This document shows positions 1 through 13,968 of a stretch of DNA of 64,000 bases, in pieces. The stretch is from positions 10,255,846 through 10,319,845 of the forward strand of contig CM082577.2 in the NCBI GenBank assembly GCA_040954595.2. Direction: 5' to 3'. Under the pieces are notes generated by a model, which did not search any database, was not told where the DNA came from, and saw only the letters and a list, made by a program, of their open reading frames with translations. Source of the stretch: Balanoglossus misakiensis (Eukaryota; Animalia; Hemichordata). A program made the translations under genes and the position numbers. Positions within the stretch are counted from its first letter, which is position 1; each line of letters opens with the position of its first letter.

Positions 1-1083
1 CACTTTATAGGTTGAATTAATATCACACCAGTAATCACGGGATACTGAAATTTATCGAGCATCTCTCCGATACCTTGCCCAAGGAAAATGCTGAGAATTG
101 CATTAAAAGCCCTTTAATGGGGCAAAGTGGAGTACCAGACAAATTCTATGACGTTATTCAGTGCCATTTAGCAAAGAGCAAAGATATCAAGCTATCAGAA
201 ATGTACACTTAGTATCGTTTGATCGAAGGTAAAATGGATACAAGCCTGTCAGATGCTTGATGTAATCGGATCAGTTTACATTATACTTTGCGAAATCTAC
301 GATTGAAGGTATATCGTTCGTCAACCATCAATAAAATATGACAACAAGCACCTATCTCTTTGGCCCAAGGATGACATTCAAATTTGATGAAAATAATTAA
401 CCACTGCAATTTAGGGGACACACTTTTTTAATAGCTTTCACTTTTTCCTTACTATTTTTAGGTTAATTCGACCTACAAAAGCAGACAGGACATAAGCATT
501 AATTATGAATTCTATGAATAATTACCATGATTAAAATATACGTCCGTCAGGAGAAAAAAAATTAAAGGGTAGCTGTGGCAACATGGGAATATTAAAGTGA
601 AACAGCTACTGTAACACTCAATTGACAGTTGACAGTTACTTCAGAATGATACCGGTGACATTGGAAAAAATTCAGCTGGCAGTATTTAGCCATGAAAATC
701 GAGCTCAGAAATACGACTGCGCATTATTATTAAAGCAGGCAGCAAATATGATGTGAACTGTCTACATTTTGTAATTTTAATACACTGTCATTTAATTACG
801 CTTTTGCGTCAATTTTCCACAGTACCGTATTATTAATGAAACCTTTCAGGAACAGCCCGTACACAAAGCCAACAATAACAGACCGTGTGAAATGCTTCAC
901 ACATGCTTTGAGCGGAACAGGGAACGGTATTGATCATTATTGACGTCCAAAATATACTTGCCAATCAACATTCTCTATCAGACATACGAGTCCGGTCCGA
1001 GTCTGCGTCAGAACCCAATATGAAATTTCATCACCCGAGCGAGATAACGGCCGTAAACTAATAACACTCGCGTTAACACTTAC

Positions 1084-1092
1084 CTTTCACTC
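1084..1092 (-). CDS. Candidate 9-nt microexon (G-V-K)
   Basis: Minus strand reads CACTTCCCCCAG|GAGTGAAAG|GTAAGT; frame-preserving and open in phase 1. No homology support. Confidence 0.25.
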
Positions 1093-1906
1093 CTGGGGGA
1101 AGTGTTACATTATCAGGGGAGATTTGTTACCAGATCATAATTCGACACACACACACTCTACGCGCCACAAAATATTACACACACAATGGCAGCGTGCCGG
1201 TTATGATGTATCATTTCTTGATCACCCTAGGGAATACCATCTGGGGCTCCCTAGGAAGCCATCAAAACATCTCACAGGTTGAGCGCTCAAGAATTTCTTT
1301 TTTCCAATACACTGTACATGTCATTCTAAAACCTTTTCCTCGCTGATAAAAATTTTCTGAACCACAAGAGCAAACATTCAAGTGAATTTTGATAAATCTT
1401 CTGGCAAGAACTAATATTTACAGAACCAATTACAGGATATCACATGAATCCAACGATTACAAATTCAGAAGTCTTCCATCACTCTTGTCGAAACATTATT
1501 TTTTTTCCAATTTCATATTTTCTCAGCTGCGCAGTGACAGTAATACTATATGCTTGTTAGTTTAATAATGCCTGCGATTTGTTGGAGAATTCGCCCAATC
1601 ACTGCCTCATTGGGAATTTGCCATTCTGGGTCTTTAATGAGACGCCGCACGTAAGATGTACGACGTAACGTAACAGACACTATTGGCGTATGGATTCCTT
1701 GAAAAGTTCAGTGTCGTGTCGTGAGGTCTATGGTATATCTTGAAACATCACAGAGTGCAGATTAGCATGTTCGCACTGGAAGCATATATCACTTTGTAAT
1801 CAAAACATTTCCATCATCCAAATCATGATGCAGTGCAGTCACTCCATTGCCCACCTCTACATGTATCAGTGCAATGTGTATGTACAGCAATAATCCTTAG
1901 CATACC

Positions 1907-1980
1907 CACTGTCGTTCAGGCACATGACAGAACGACAGTCACCATCATCACTGTCGTTCAGGCACACGAGAGAATGACAG
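1907..1980. repeat. 42-bp-period tandem duplication
   Basis: CACTGTCGTTCAGGCACA at 1907 and 1949. Confidence 0.85.
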
Positions 1981-2292
1981 ATATTTATTATTAGAACGCA
2001 ATTTGCTCTATGGATATACAAATAAAACACAGACAATGAATGCTGAATCCTTGCCTATGATAATCCCCCTTACTTTAGAGTACTTTTTGATGAGTCGATT
2101 GTTTTCCCACTAATTGAATTTCTGGAGCGATTTTCCGGCTGGACAATAGGAACTCCACCTCCGTGTTTGCAGAGAAAACAGTTACAGTTAAGTTTTTTTC
2201 CACTGTTTTGAACACAAATACAAGCCTAACTGTATGATTGGCATGCCTTTTTGATGGCATTGTCAGAATTAGCCACACATGTATATGTAATA

Positions 2293-2475
2293 CTGTAAAA
2301 CGGGTAATACGCGAGAAGCAAAAAAAAACGTGAAAATAAAAAGTCGCATAAAATGTTCTTCGGAGATATCGATGCAGTGAATGAAATAAGAGAATGCGAA
2401 AATTCATCCTCGCGCAACTGTTGCCTCTGCTGATATCGCGAAAATTTCCTGCCGCGAAAATAACCCGTTTTACAG
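2293..2475 (+). mobile_element. MITE family A copy 1 (TA-flanked, CTGTAAAACGGG TIR; Tc1/mariner-pogo-like)
   Basis: TA|CTGTAAAACGGGT ... ACCCGTTTTACAG|TA; the body is homologous to four other copies. Confidence 0.85.
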
Positions 2476-2570
2476 TATCTCCTGACATCTTCACTCTCCA
2501 GTTCTGTTTGGGCTATTACACTAGTCAACTGTAAGTACTGAACATATCACTATGTGCATAGTGCAAATGT

Positions 2571-2600
2571 CAATGCAATGCAATGCAATGCAATGCAATG
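2571..2600. repeat. (CAATG)6 microsatellite
   Basis: Read directly. Confidence 0.95.
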
Positions 2601-5284
2601 GGCAAATGTCCATGCTGAATACCTTTTCAAATTTCACACAAGTTGTAACACTTTCTTATTGTACAAATATAACTGAACCTATACACACATAGTAATTATT
2701 GCGCAAACAATCTCAATTTGTAGCCAAGGTAATGACCTGTGCGTCACTAATTAGTACGACAGAGAAATGATTTTGTTACGCTATAAATAATATTTGTGAC
2801 TATATTTAGGTCCCATCTGTTGGTGATGCCAGCCCCTGTGTGTGTATGTGCCACAAGAATCAAACCAAAACGCATCGTACAACAATTGATATTCCTAAAA
2901 GCTATGACTCAGACTCCAATGTTTTATAATGCAGTTTATAATATGAAGCAATTTGTAAAGTCAATGGAAATTTGTTCAGATTCTCCGCAGATTTCAGGAT
3001 GTGCGATCACTATTAAATGAGTTCTCTGACAATAACGTCTGTCTTTATGTTTTATAATTCTGAAGATGAATAGGATTTTCTTTCATGGAAACCTCGTTGT
3101 AATTTCCTGAGAGGGTATGATTCACAAACATAAAAATGTCTACTTGTCTGTGATTTCTTTTCTCTCACGTGATCCTTGATTCGTTCAGATTTCATTATAA
3201 ACCGTAACCGGCTTACAGAAGTGCGATAAGCGTGGAATAAATACAGATAGGCACACATCACCAGATCATGCAAAAAGCTTTCATCAGAATCATATTTTTG
3301 GACATTTAAATGGATGTTTTTTTTGTCGAATTATTTTTAGAAAATCGAAAAGGAAGAGTCAAGTATTTAATACTGAACCACTACGCTATTTTAGTTTATT
3401 TTGGAGGGGCAACATTTTTAGACCTGACTGATAACCACTCAATATTGTACTGTTGATTTTTTTCTGAAGGGCTTCACAAAGACGTTTCATAGCTTCTCAG
3501 ATATGAACTCCTTCAAGGTAGTGAAGCCGCCAAACTGACATCTTTATTGTGGAGATTTATTCGCCGTGTTGAATCGCGATTCAATAAACTTAAAATACAC
3601 GCACAGGAGCGTTTCAAAGTCTCCCACAGGTTACAAAACAGGATAAAACTCTTACTTTATCAGTTCAGCGCAAGGATAAAATTCAAGATGCTGTAGCTAG
3701 TTCTTTATTATTAGGTCACACAGCACACTTTATTTCAGTCAAACACAATACCCATTTCAATGCTTTTTTTAAACTAGTCATAAAATCGAAAATTTTCCAT
3801 GAAAATCCACAGCCATGCAAAGCTGATAGGCAGCACTGTGGATGTTCCATGGGGTTTTAACTTTTATTTTAATAGAGCAGACTATTATGAAAAATTGTCT
3901 GCGTACTGTGATATTGGCTTTGGGCATGAAGATAACAAACTCTAAGAAATGGGGAAAAAAGTCATGCCTGAATCCATGAATACATCAGCAATATATCATC
4001 ATTATTCATAAATTTTAAATAATCTCTTGTTCAATTTATTCACTCAAATTTACCTCCAGTGGGGATAAGTCCACAGGCTAGAAAAAGCCTGTACACATCC
4101 ACATTAATCTTTCAAGGAATATTTTAATTTTTTTCTTGTCTTTAATATTCGTATGTGAAGATAAACTAGAGTGGTGTCATCAATTTCTCTCTGTGCTTCT
4201 GAGGAACCATAGAATTGGATCGTGTTTGACCTCAATAAAAACAGCAAATTCATATATTCAACAGGGATTTCACAGGAAACGGAATATGTAGGTCAAGAAG
4301 TCACAAACCTGGAATTTGTTTTCCTTCGCTTTGAATTTCTACATTTGCTGTTTTAATGAAACACACACAAAAAATTGAACGGGTCATTGTATATCGAAAA
4401 GAGGTCTGTCACCTGTGCACTGTGAAGGTGCCAACAATATTCAAGATGGACTTGCACATATGGAAAACCATCGGGAGTAACTGCCACAGCGAAAAGAATC
4501 CCTGAATCAACAAGCTGGAAACCTACACCAGCCACATCTGAAAATTCTTGTATCAAAATGGCAGCCATTCTCACCACAGCTTTATTTTGTTGCTATACAC
4601 AAAACATTTCCCTAGCATGCGTAAAAACAACCTCGCTTCCTTCCAACACGCAGGTCCGAATTACATGCTCTGAAAAGAAAAAGCTGTAAAACCTGATGGC
4701 CTTCATCATAAAACCAGTTTAACACGCTTATCACTACAGTGCTAAGCGCGGTAGCCGGCGCCATGTTTAAAGAAAATCGCCCGATCGCGCAATACCGTAA
4801 AATCCCATCGAAAGGGGAAGGCCTTGTAACGGCACCTAATAAAAAGTATATGATGGACGCGGAAAATACCATTACTTTCCAATAGTTGACACTAGACGGG
4901 TAATTCCTCTGTGCAGTTTTCAATCTCGCGCCGTAAAAAGACAAGCTGTATGCAATCAAACGTGGGGCACACACACACACGCACCGGCTGAAACCCATGG
5001 AAACGGTTTAATCATCCATGCACGCTTTCGAGCAAGGGATCAATATTTTGCCGTGCTTTAAAAACCCATTCAAGCTCAGACTTCACAGTCATCCAACACA
5101 AAGAACCTGGGATATTTTTTTTATTTCTATACAGACTCGTGAAATGACGCGTTGTTGCCATGGATCAATAAACTGGCAACGAGCCTCTCTTCCCCTTTTC
5201 AGAGCTGGTAATTTCCGAACAAAAAACTTCACTTCTTTAGCTTTCATGAAATTGTGGTGTTTATTCACAAGCTGTGAAAGTTGA

Positions 5285-5355
5285 CTGTGATGTACACATG
5301 TACTGTGATGTACTGTATTGTACTGTTCTGTACTGTACTGAGATGTACTGTACAG
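5285..5355. repeat. Degenerate (TACTG)n microsatellite
   Basis: TGTACTGTATTGTACTGTTCTGTACTGTACTG... Confidence 0.8.
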
Positions 5356-7576
5356 ATGAAAGTTCATGATACGAATGTGAAAAACTAATAACGGTTCTGC
5401 CCAGCATCTTTTTAAGCTCTGACCTAGATTCTTTTTCCCCCCAAATTATTTTCCTTCTCATAGGAACACGGAAAATTTTTGATTAGAATCTCACAATCCT
5501 GAATTGATGAGTGCCGGGATTATCCAACTAACCTGTCGGCGGACGACATAATTGAAACAGACACAGGTCAACATCAGACGGACCTGGCTGTAATCAAACT
5601 TACAGCCTTCTAATTCTGCCAAGAAATCTCGCCTTCAAATTTGTCACTTGATGTGATCTGATTGGACGCCCGAGAAAATCAGCAGAATCACGCCCATTCA
5701 ATGAAATTCAAGGTTTGACCGTTTAAGGGAGGAAAAAACACTCATGCCAAGTAAAATCTGATATCAGGGTGGGGCCGGCCGGTTCATTAGATTCTGATTT
5801 TCAATGGAAATGTCTGGCGTTGACCTTGACAGAATGGTGCATCATGGGAGCAGTTGTAAGTGAATAGGCTTTGATAACATCAGACGACTAAACGTGATTC
5901 AGCTTTCTCCACATAATCACTGTAATACCTGATTTCCAGTCTAACATCAAAAACCTCATTCATTACAAATATTCAAACTTCAATGGTTAAGTTTCTGTAC
6001 AGGAAATCACACATACCCATTAGGGTAGAACTTGCACAAAAGCCACAGGTCTGACAGGCAACTGATTTGCTCACAGTAACGTTTTCACAAATACAGCAAA
6101 ACTACCCATTTTTCATCATTCTCAAGGTACAAGTTTTCACTGAGCATTGATAGAGAGAAATTGAAAATAAAAAACAATGGTGATTTTCATTTCTATCATT
6201 TTCAGGGAACTTGACAAATCTCAAAAAATCAGACAGCTATCAGCAAGTAAAACACAGCTTAAGGTATACAACTTTCACTCAAAACTGCAAAATTGGAAAT
6301 GCAACTAAAACTGTAAAAGATTAGAAAATTATGGAGCAACTACGAAACTATCAAATTTATGATCATGTATCCAAACCACCACCAGTACACAAAATTTTAA
6401 CGCTCCTTTGAAAGGATGACTACGTCAAATTTCTATAAATATCATTATATAAATTGAAAGTTGGCAAATCTACTTTCTCATTACTCTGAACTTTAAATGT
6501 AAAAACATACTTAAACTTTATCTGTGGACTCAATCTGAATAGTGGTTAAAAGAGGCAATTGTTCAAAGCTCTCCCTAAATCCATGATATTAACAACTTTG
6601 ATAATACTTTGGAAGGTGATCTATTCAGAATATTTGCCTATAAAACAAAATTAAAATACAATTGAAATTGTATTCCATTTGAAGCTGTCCACCCCATGGC
6701 ACAAATAGACCGACCCACTTCTGAACACCTGCCCCGGGGGCAGACTGATGAAATGTGAGACAGAAGGGGATATTATCAGAACCAACCGGCAAAGCGAGGG
6801 AGGGAGGGACGGCGAGAGGTGGTTCGTCTGTGATGCCATATGCAGCCGTTCTCCAGGTCTCAATTACACCAATGTCAAGGTCGCCAACAGGATGCGTTTA
6901 ATAAAAGATGTGCTTTGAAATGCAAGCTGTCTGTCTGCAAATTTCCGGCATAGCACTGTCACGAAAACTCGTCCAAAAACAAGAAGAGTGAATCCTCCCA
7001 CTACAGAACGAACGGCCCACAAACAAAAACATCAATCAAGCTGCCAGGCCGGCAGTCCGGTATAATCACCGAAAGAAAGATGTGTTACATCCACAACACT
7101 GACGGATCATAACATACTACCACAATTTGCATCCAATATCGCCTCGACTTTAAATTTTCCTCGTGAAATCGACTCTCCGAATTTGCATCACGCTGGGATA
7201 ATTTCCTTGATGCGGGAAAGCGCTATTGGACTCGCTAATACTTAGCTTTAATGGCCAAGCAAGCTGCTTGCAGTTTCACACAGATGTCAGAAGCCTCTCT
7301 CTCTGCTCGGCTAAATCGATACACACCAATAAAAACGAGATCCTAAAAATAAACTGGTTATTTCAACACCGCCATACGCATTAAAAGCGACAGCAAACCA
7401 GATGCTGGAATACAAAACTGTGCGTTTGAATGTAATACCCTAACAAAAAGTCATCCGAAGCTCCTTGAAACGTAACATTTTAGAGAGCTATAAACACAAA
7501 CATTGATAAAATATGAAACGGATGGAACAATATTGATATTAATTTTTAAAGCTGCGTGCAAATGTATAGCGCTTAC

Positions 7577-7594
7577 CTGCGTATCGGATTTCAG
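7577..7594 (-). CDS. Candidate 18-nt microexon (A-E-I-R-Y-A)
   Basis: Minus strand reads TGCTTGTCTGGCCATAG|CTGAAATCCGATACGCAG|GTAAGC; frame-preserving, but the pyrimidine tract is weak. Confidence 0.15.
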
Positions 7595-9768
7595 CTATGG
7601 CCAGACAAGCACTCAACTGGCATGACGTAACATTACCTGATTGCTATGGCGATTTACGGAAGGCCACAAGACAAGCCGGAGTTTAAAAAACCCGATCTCC
7701 GATAAGTGTGCGATATATCACATGTATAATTCCAACTACGAAGTACGCGTACAATGATATCATCAGGCACGACTGGGCCAAACCATTCTGGTTTTCCTGG
7801 AACTGCAGTGGATAGGGGAGGGTGATCGAATCGTGAGGGGCAGTGACATGATATCAGACTTTTATTCATCAACCAGTTGGATATTTTCATCACTTCTGCT
7901 TGACAAAATATAATCAATCAATTTTCTGCTCTGTAATGACCATCTGATTGGACCCTTGCAAATCGTGACCCCTGCACAATGAATGGAATCATCCAAATCT
8001 CTCAACGATGTCACACTGCTTAATTAATAAGCATCACCGCAGCGACGACAATATAAATCCCATCTGGAAATTTGTGAAAAAAATATTCCTAGTTTAATAT
8101 ATATAATTTTTCTGCAAATGAAACACACTCTAATACGTCTTACGTCTGGATACCTTAAACAAAATCTAGGTCACTTTAGATAACACCCCTGCCGTGTGAC
8201 GGCGACATCAAAGCATCGACCTAAGCACTCCAGTTATGACAATTTCATCCCCGGAAACCATTGTGTGATGACAATAGGAGGAAAATGAAATCTGACGCAG
8301 AGAGAGAGAGAGAGAGCAGAGGCCATCAACAGACAAGTCATCATCAAATTTTAAAGAAAATATAATCATGCTGACTCATACTCTGTAGACGCACAATCGG
8401 TGAATACTAACAATTAAACATGTCTAGCGAGCGACTGTATGCGCGACCGTAGATATTTAATTTAATTATCTGGAGGGCGTCTGAAAATAAAATCAAAACA
8501 ATCAGTGTGGCTTGTTTTGAACCCTCTCAGGTACAATACAACCACACACAGTCTTGTTTCGCAGTCAGCGACAAATCAAGCGCTCGTTTTCAGGAAAGCC
8601 TTTTCTCAACAACAGATCACTTTTAAGACCCCCAGTCAAAGACGCTTTTACTTTTCAAGTCACATATTCACTCAGATTACGTTCTGTAAACTAGAAAAAA
8701 GATCAAGACCCGGTTGCTCTCGCATCTCAGAGCTTTGAACGACACACACGCACGCAAGTCAACTGACCCTTTGATAATTTACAGTCTCTTTCAAGACAGC
8801 TTGAACTCTCCATCATTCATATTCCGGAGCAGAGCCACTGAAATATCACAAATCTTTTTCTTGTTATCTCTTAAATTTACGAAATGACCTTTCAATAAAA
8901 TCTACTACACCGATTTGACTGCATTTTGGTAGTGAAATAACTAATTTCTTAGCAATTGCATCTTTGTTGTTCATGAACTCCCTGCAGCAACAACGCAATA
9001 CAACTACACTGAGAAGTATTTTTTTTTCTCTCTCGAAGACTAGCCAAGACAGAAAGCTGGCATAGTCTCTCTGCAACTTGACAACCAAAGTCCTTGTAAT
9101 CCCTTCGAAATTGTCTTCCAGAAAACATTGACATTTGAATGAAATATAGCTCTGACTCAAGTAACACTCCTGTCGGCAATTTTGTAAGATTTGACATTAA
9201 CTCTGACAGTTAATCATGAACTGATGTGATGAAGGCATTAGATTCTATATATCTGTGGTATATTTACACCACATGAAATTTCCAGCCAGCCTTAGCACAA
9301 TTCTCAAAAGCATACTACCGGTAACTTCAAATTACCAATATCTAGAAGAAATAGAACTTTCATCAATAAATCACGCAATGTAATCCCTCCTTCTGGTTCT
9401 CTTCCACATATTTTCACCATGGGAATGTGTGGCTTATATGATTTCTTTCTCCCTTTACACGATGCAAGTCAAATACTTGAGAGTAGTAAGTGATTTTTTT
9501 TTCCATTTGGGAGAGTTACGGCATTAACCTTAAAACAGACAAGTCTCTAACTTCCAATTTGTGCATGAATCAGAAGTAGATCTTCACTATACAAAACACA
9601 CATGGCAGTAACAACAGCAATGCAAATGTCGTCATTTAAATTGTTAATCAAGTTTTCATTCTCTATCTGTCATCCAAAAATAATCCAAGTATTGCCACTT
9701 ACACGTCCAGAGATCAACCTCGCCTCTTTTCATCCATCCTTTAGTGAAAAAATCGCTCACGTTTAACA

Positions 9769-9861
9769 TTAACCCTTTCACCACAATGGTTCAGTCCAAA
9801 CCCATTGTTTTCTATGGTAAACATGGACCTCTAAAGACATAACTGGGGGTGAAAGGGTTAA
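9769..9861 (+). mobile_element. piggyBac-like mini-MITE family B copy 1 (~85 bp plus TTAA TSDs)
   Basis: TTAA|CCCTTTCACC ... GGTGAAAGGG|TTAA; a TTAA target and CCC/GGG ends are piggyBac hallmarks. Confidence 0.88.
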
Positions 9862-12800
9862 ATTATGTCAAACGTGAGCAGCATTGTCCCTTTAATCATT
9901 TCACACAACCACAAAAAATTAAATTTTCAACCAATTGCTTGTAGCTAGTATAAATCCAATTAGGTCTTCATGTAAATGATACTTTATTTGTTTTGAGTTT
10001 GATAACGAACACAATTTGTACAGCAGTAATTAAGGCCAGTCATTTTTTTCCCCACAAAGCACTTCACACTTGGCTAGGCTTTTCCAATTTGTATCCACCT
10101 TCTGTCATTATTACTGCCAGTTTAAGATGGCATAATACAAACCATGAATTATTCACGAAATATCAAAATGTCAATCCTATTACATGTATTAGAATTAATT
10201 CAGATAATACCACAGTACTGTGAATAACACAGAATAGAATTTTCAAAATCCCACTACATATTTAGTTTAGCTTATTGCTATTCTATCACTCCTAAATTTA
10301 TACGATTACATGTACCGGTATATTAAAATTGAAATTTCAAAATCAACTCAGTTTGTTTAGTTAACAATTAAACTCTAAAAATTGAAATGACTAGTACAGG
10401 AACAACATTCACAATAGTGTCGTCATCAAGCAAAGTTACTGTAATAGTTACATAAAATTTGCAAATAAACTGTCAATGCACATCGCACCTGGAAAAGCCT
10501 GATATAACCTTATTTGGATCCATTTCACGAACAAATCTGATCAGATAAAATTGGGTGACTACTGTTTCAAAATGCAATTCCCTTAATTCAATGTGTATCG
10601 TGAAACGTCTTTTTTTGGTCATCTGCACAAAAACACTGATTCAGTATTGAAACCGGTGTCGCTGGCCTACATCAGAAGAGACAGGTTGAGCCTTCTGTTA
10701 CGTCACTTTGTGAGGTGTACTGTCTGACACCGGGAGTTTCATCTGACACTTGTCAGACACTGCGAATCGCTGCTTCCCCAATCCCCTACTTGTAACACAA
10801 CACATCCAGTAACAGTCACTTTCTAGTGTCACAAACACCTGCAGACAACACCTACCCATGCCAGACGCACAACAATCAGTCTGGCCGTCTCAACCCCAAA
10901 AAATCAATCAACTCCGTGGCAGTGCATGCTTTAATACAAAGAGAAATCGAATCAAGACGACGACCGATCTCCCTCTTCAAAAACCACTCACACTAATTGG
11001 CTCTGTGCCTTCCTTTAATGACCTAATTCACAATCTAAACACAGACTCTTTTTGTAAAACGTTTTTCTAAATGAGTTGTTTCTCTAATTGAGGTTTAGCT
11101 CCTTCAAAGCGGCCATTGACACAATCGGGGGGAAAATAGAAACACCTTAAAAGAAACACTTCGTAATTTTACGACTGAAAAATCGCTAACTTTGACATGC
11201 AGTATCTGAGACACCAGCTTAAACTTGTCTCTTAAAAATCTGAGACTAAGCTTTGCTGACAGCTAAAATGGCAATCCGTTGTGCAGGGTGACACTTTCAC
11301 TTTTTCAAGTAAATTTTTCCAAAACAAATACTTTCGATATTACACATTTTGGTAACACACAGTAATAAAATTCACAGATACAGCTTTCCATTGATATATT
11401 TATGGCGTCTTTGGTATAATTCAATGTTCTCAAACATATTTTTGCCATACGAGAATGACACTCGCTAACAAAATTAGCATCTGGTTCACCGTGCACCGGT
11501 AACTGTTTCCTTTGAACATTTTTTCAGTGGAGGAAACAACTGAAGACACAACAAATCAACTGTTGCTTTCGGCCGCCCAATCAACTGCTTCTGATCAATC
11601 AATCAAATACACGCCAAAAGGTCCCCTTCCCCAAGAGACCAGTTTTGAGAACACACAAGACTTCAGAATGAATGTATAGACACAGAGACAGAATCGCAAG
11701 CCCGCGCCTTGCAAGCAACATCGCCCATTTCCACTCTCGTTTCAGTGCGAACTAATTTATAGGCCCTTGGGGTGTACATACTCCACAGTCTGAGTACCAT
11801 GTGTGTGTGCGTTACAAATTGACTGTAAATTCTCACAGGGACACATGGCAAAGTATCTGTAAACGTACAGTGCATAAAAACCATGCCAATTTTTGGCAAG
11901 AAACTGCCAAGAAAATCCAAGTGTTTCCCAGGGATAACCAATGTCCCTAGCTTTAAGATTCGTCAGATCAAACACACGACTATCTCCGACTGTACCGGCG
12001 TCAGTGGCCGTATATTACGCGAGCCGTAATGAATTTTACACAGCCATCCCGAGGCAACGTCAGACGGAGGCGCTACGTGACTAAACTACCACCACTCCCG
12101 ACTCAAGTCCGCCGAGAACGTCGCACAACAGAAGGAATGCATTTTTCACACCTCTGAACAATACAGGGCACTAGCATAGTAATGGTCACCCTTCGTTGAT
12201 TGAGATTTACACTCTCTCCAGGAGAGAGATTAGTTTCTCATCAAAACTTCCAGTTCCACGTGACAACATACATCACCCACTTGGATTTTCCACACCTCCT
12301 TACACTCAAATTTTGCACAAACGAGATCTGACAACAAGATCGGTCTGCAAGGAGAAGGCTGCCGTGACTAAGTTTCTCAAATTATGAATTATACAAATGG
12401 TTCAATTCATCATCATCGTGATCAACACGACACGGTCGAGAAATGCAGTTTCTTTCAATTTTTCATTTTTTTTATGGGCCCTTTATCAAATTGTGCGGAA
12501 CTTCGTGATAAAGGAGGCTGACGGACTATCATTCTTTGTATTAAAATAAAATGTTCAACAGTCTACAATAATAATGTACTGCAATTGATATCCAACTCTA
12601 AATTTCATCATCAATTTGTGCAACACTAATAGCAGATATTATAAAAGCGTCGACCTTTTCGTCTTCTATCAAACCTTTGATAAAGGAAATTGAGACAAGC
12701 TGAACCTGGTACAATTGACAGTAACTGCCAATTTGATTTCGCGATAATGTCATTTTTAATTTGCACAACAATAAAAGTTCACTTTGCATCTTGGGGTAAA

Positions 12801-13756
12801 ATAATAACTGTTCTTGATCAAATTTAATTTGTGACTGACTATCATTTTTAAAGCGGTACCATGCTCTAACAGTTGAAATCACATCACTGTTGTTTAATTT
12901 TCGTGCCTATTCTTCCATCCCGAATAAAAATAATATGCCATCCCTTTTTTTTTAAATTATCAGTTATCAGAAATTCTGATTCATTGGCTTGTTATACTAC
13001 AGCACTTTTCACTGCATGGGAAGTCCAGTTGCAAAAAAATAATGGACAATCTCAGCATATGGTGCAAAAACTGCCATAAATTTGAATATACCGGTGGTCT
13101 TAACGATCAGGAAACACTTAAAAGAGGATGCATCACTCCTCAAAAGTCAGCGTGAAGTCAAATTCAAAATAGTGTTAAATATGACTGCTGGAAATTACCA
13201 TATATCAATGCTTGTTGGTGTCTGCAGAAAATTGCCTGACATCGGAAAGGTCTGCTTCGCACGGGACTGACTCACGGTTGAGTTTCTTAATGATGTGTAA
13301 TATAAAAGCTGAAAGTACACTTCTTTGAAAAGCAAAGCATGTACAAGTCTGATGAACAGGGATAGTCTCCACTGATGCAGGAGACAGCCTTTTATTGGAA
13401 AAGAAATAGTGATGTAACAGTATAATAGTGATGTAAAAATTCACCACTCATTTCCACCACGGCTTCATGGTGGAACAGAGAATTAAAAAAAGTGTGTCAC
13501 GTCGATCCTTTGTGTGGTGACAAGCGAAATTGTACGCTTCAAACGCAAACCACACCTGTTTGAGTTGAACTTAATTACTTGGATTCGCCATCAGACGCGG
13601 CAGGAATTCGACTTTCAATTTCACTCTCTCACAAACCATCACTCTCCTACAAGCACACCAGACACGAAACCCAGAGACAAGCATCAACCTTTCGACATTA
13701 CTCACACAATACATTAAACACAAATTTCACTTTCATCCCATGATGAAGCTGAAACG

Positions 13757-13791
13757 GTTTCCCTGGAAACAGCTTCCGCCGCCATGGAAAC
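13757..13791. promoter_or_regulatory. Paired RFX X-box-like motifs
   Basis: GTTTCCCTGGAAAC (13757-13770) and GCCGCCATGGAAAC (13778-13791); motif match only. Confidence 0.35.
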
Positions 13792-13841
13792 TGACTGCCG
13801 TGTGACTCACCCCCCGAGTCGAGGAGGACAGATCGTCTTAC

Positions 13842-13968
13842 CTTCGCTGTAGGACTCCTCAGGGGGGTCTATCAACTCTACGCTGATCGCGGTGAAATAT
13901 CCCGTCTTGTCGGTCTCGCCATCGCTAACGCTTCCCCGCCATCTTCCATCCGGATTCCTCTCAAGAAC
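13842..13968 (-). CDS. CASKIN: Caskin-like exon, C-terminal half of SH3: VLERNPDGRWRGSVSDGETDKTGYFTAISVELIDPPEESYSE
   Basis: Not in the ORF track. CCGCAG acceptor and GTAAGA donor; 127 nt, phase 0 to 1. Matches Caskin VLEQHPDGRWKG...GYFP. Confidence 0.93.

Noticed and set aside
2075-2528. ORFs of 100-139 aa with look-alikes at 18940-19352, 36180-36365 and 38304-38624 (YCKTGYFR...)
   Set aside because: The similarity comes from translating MITE family A; this is not a protein family.
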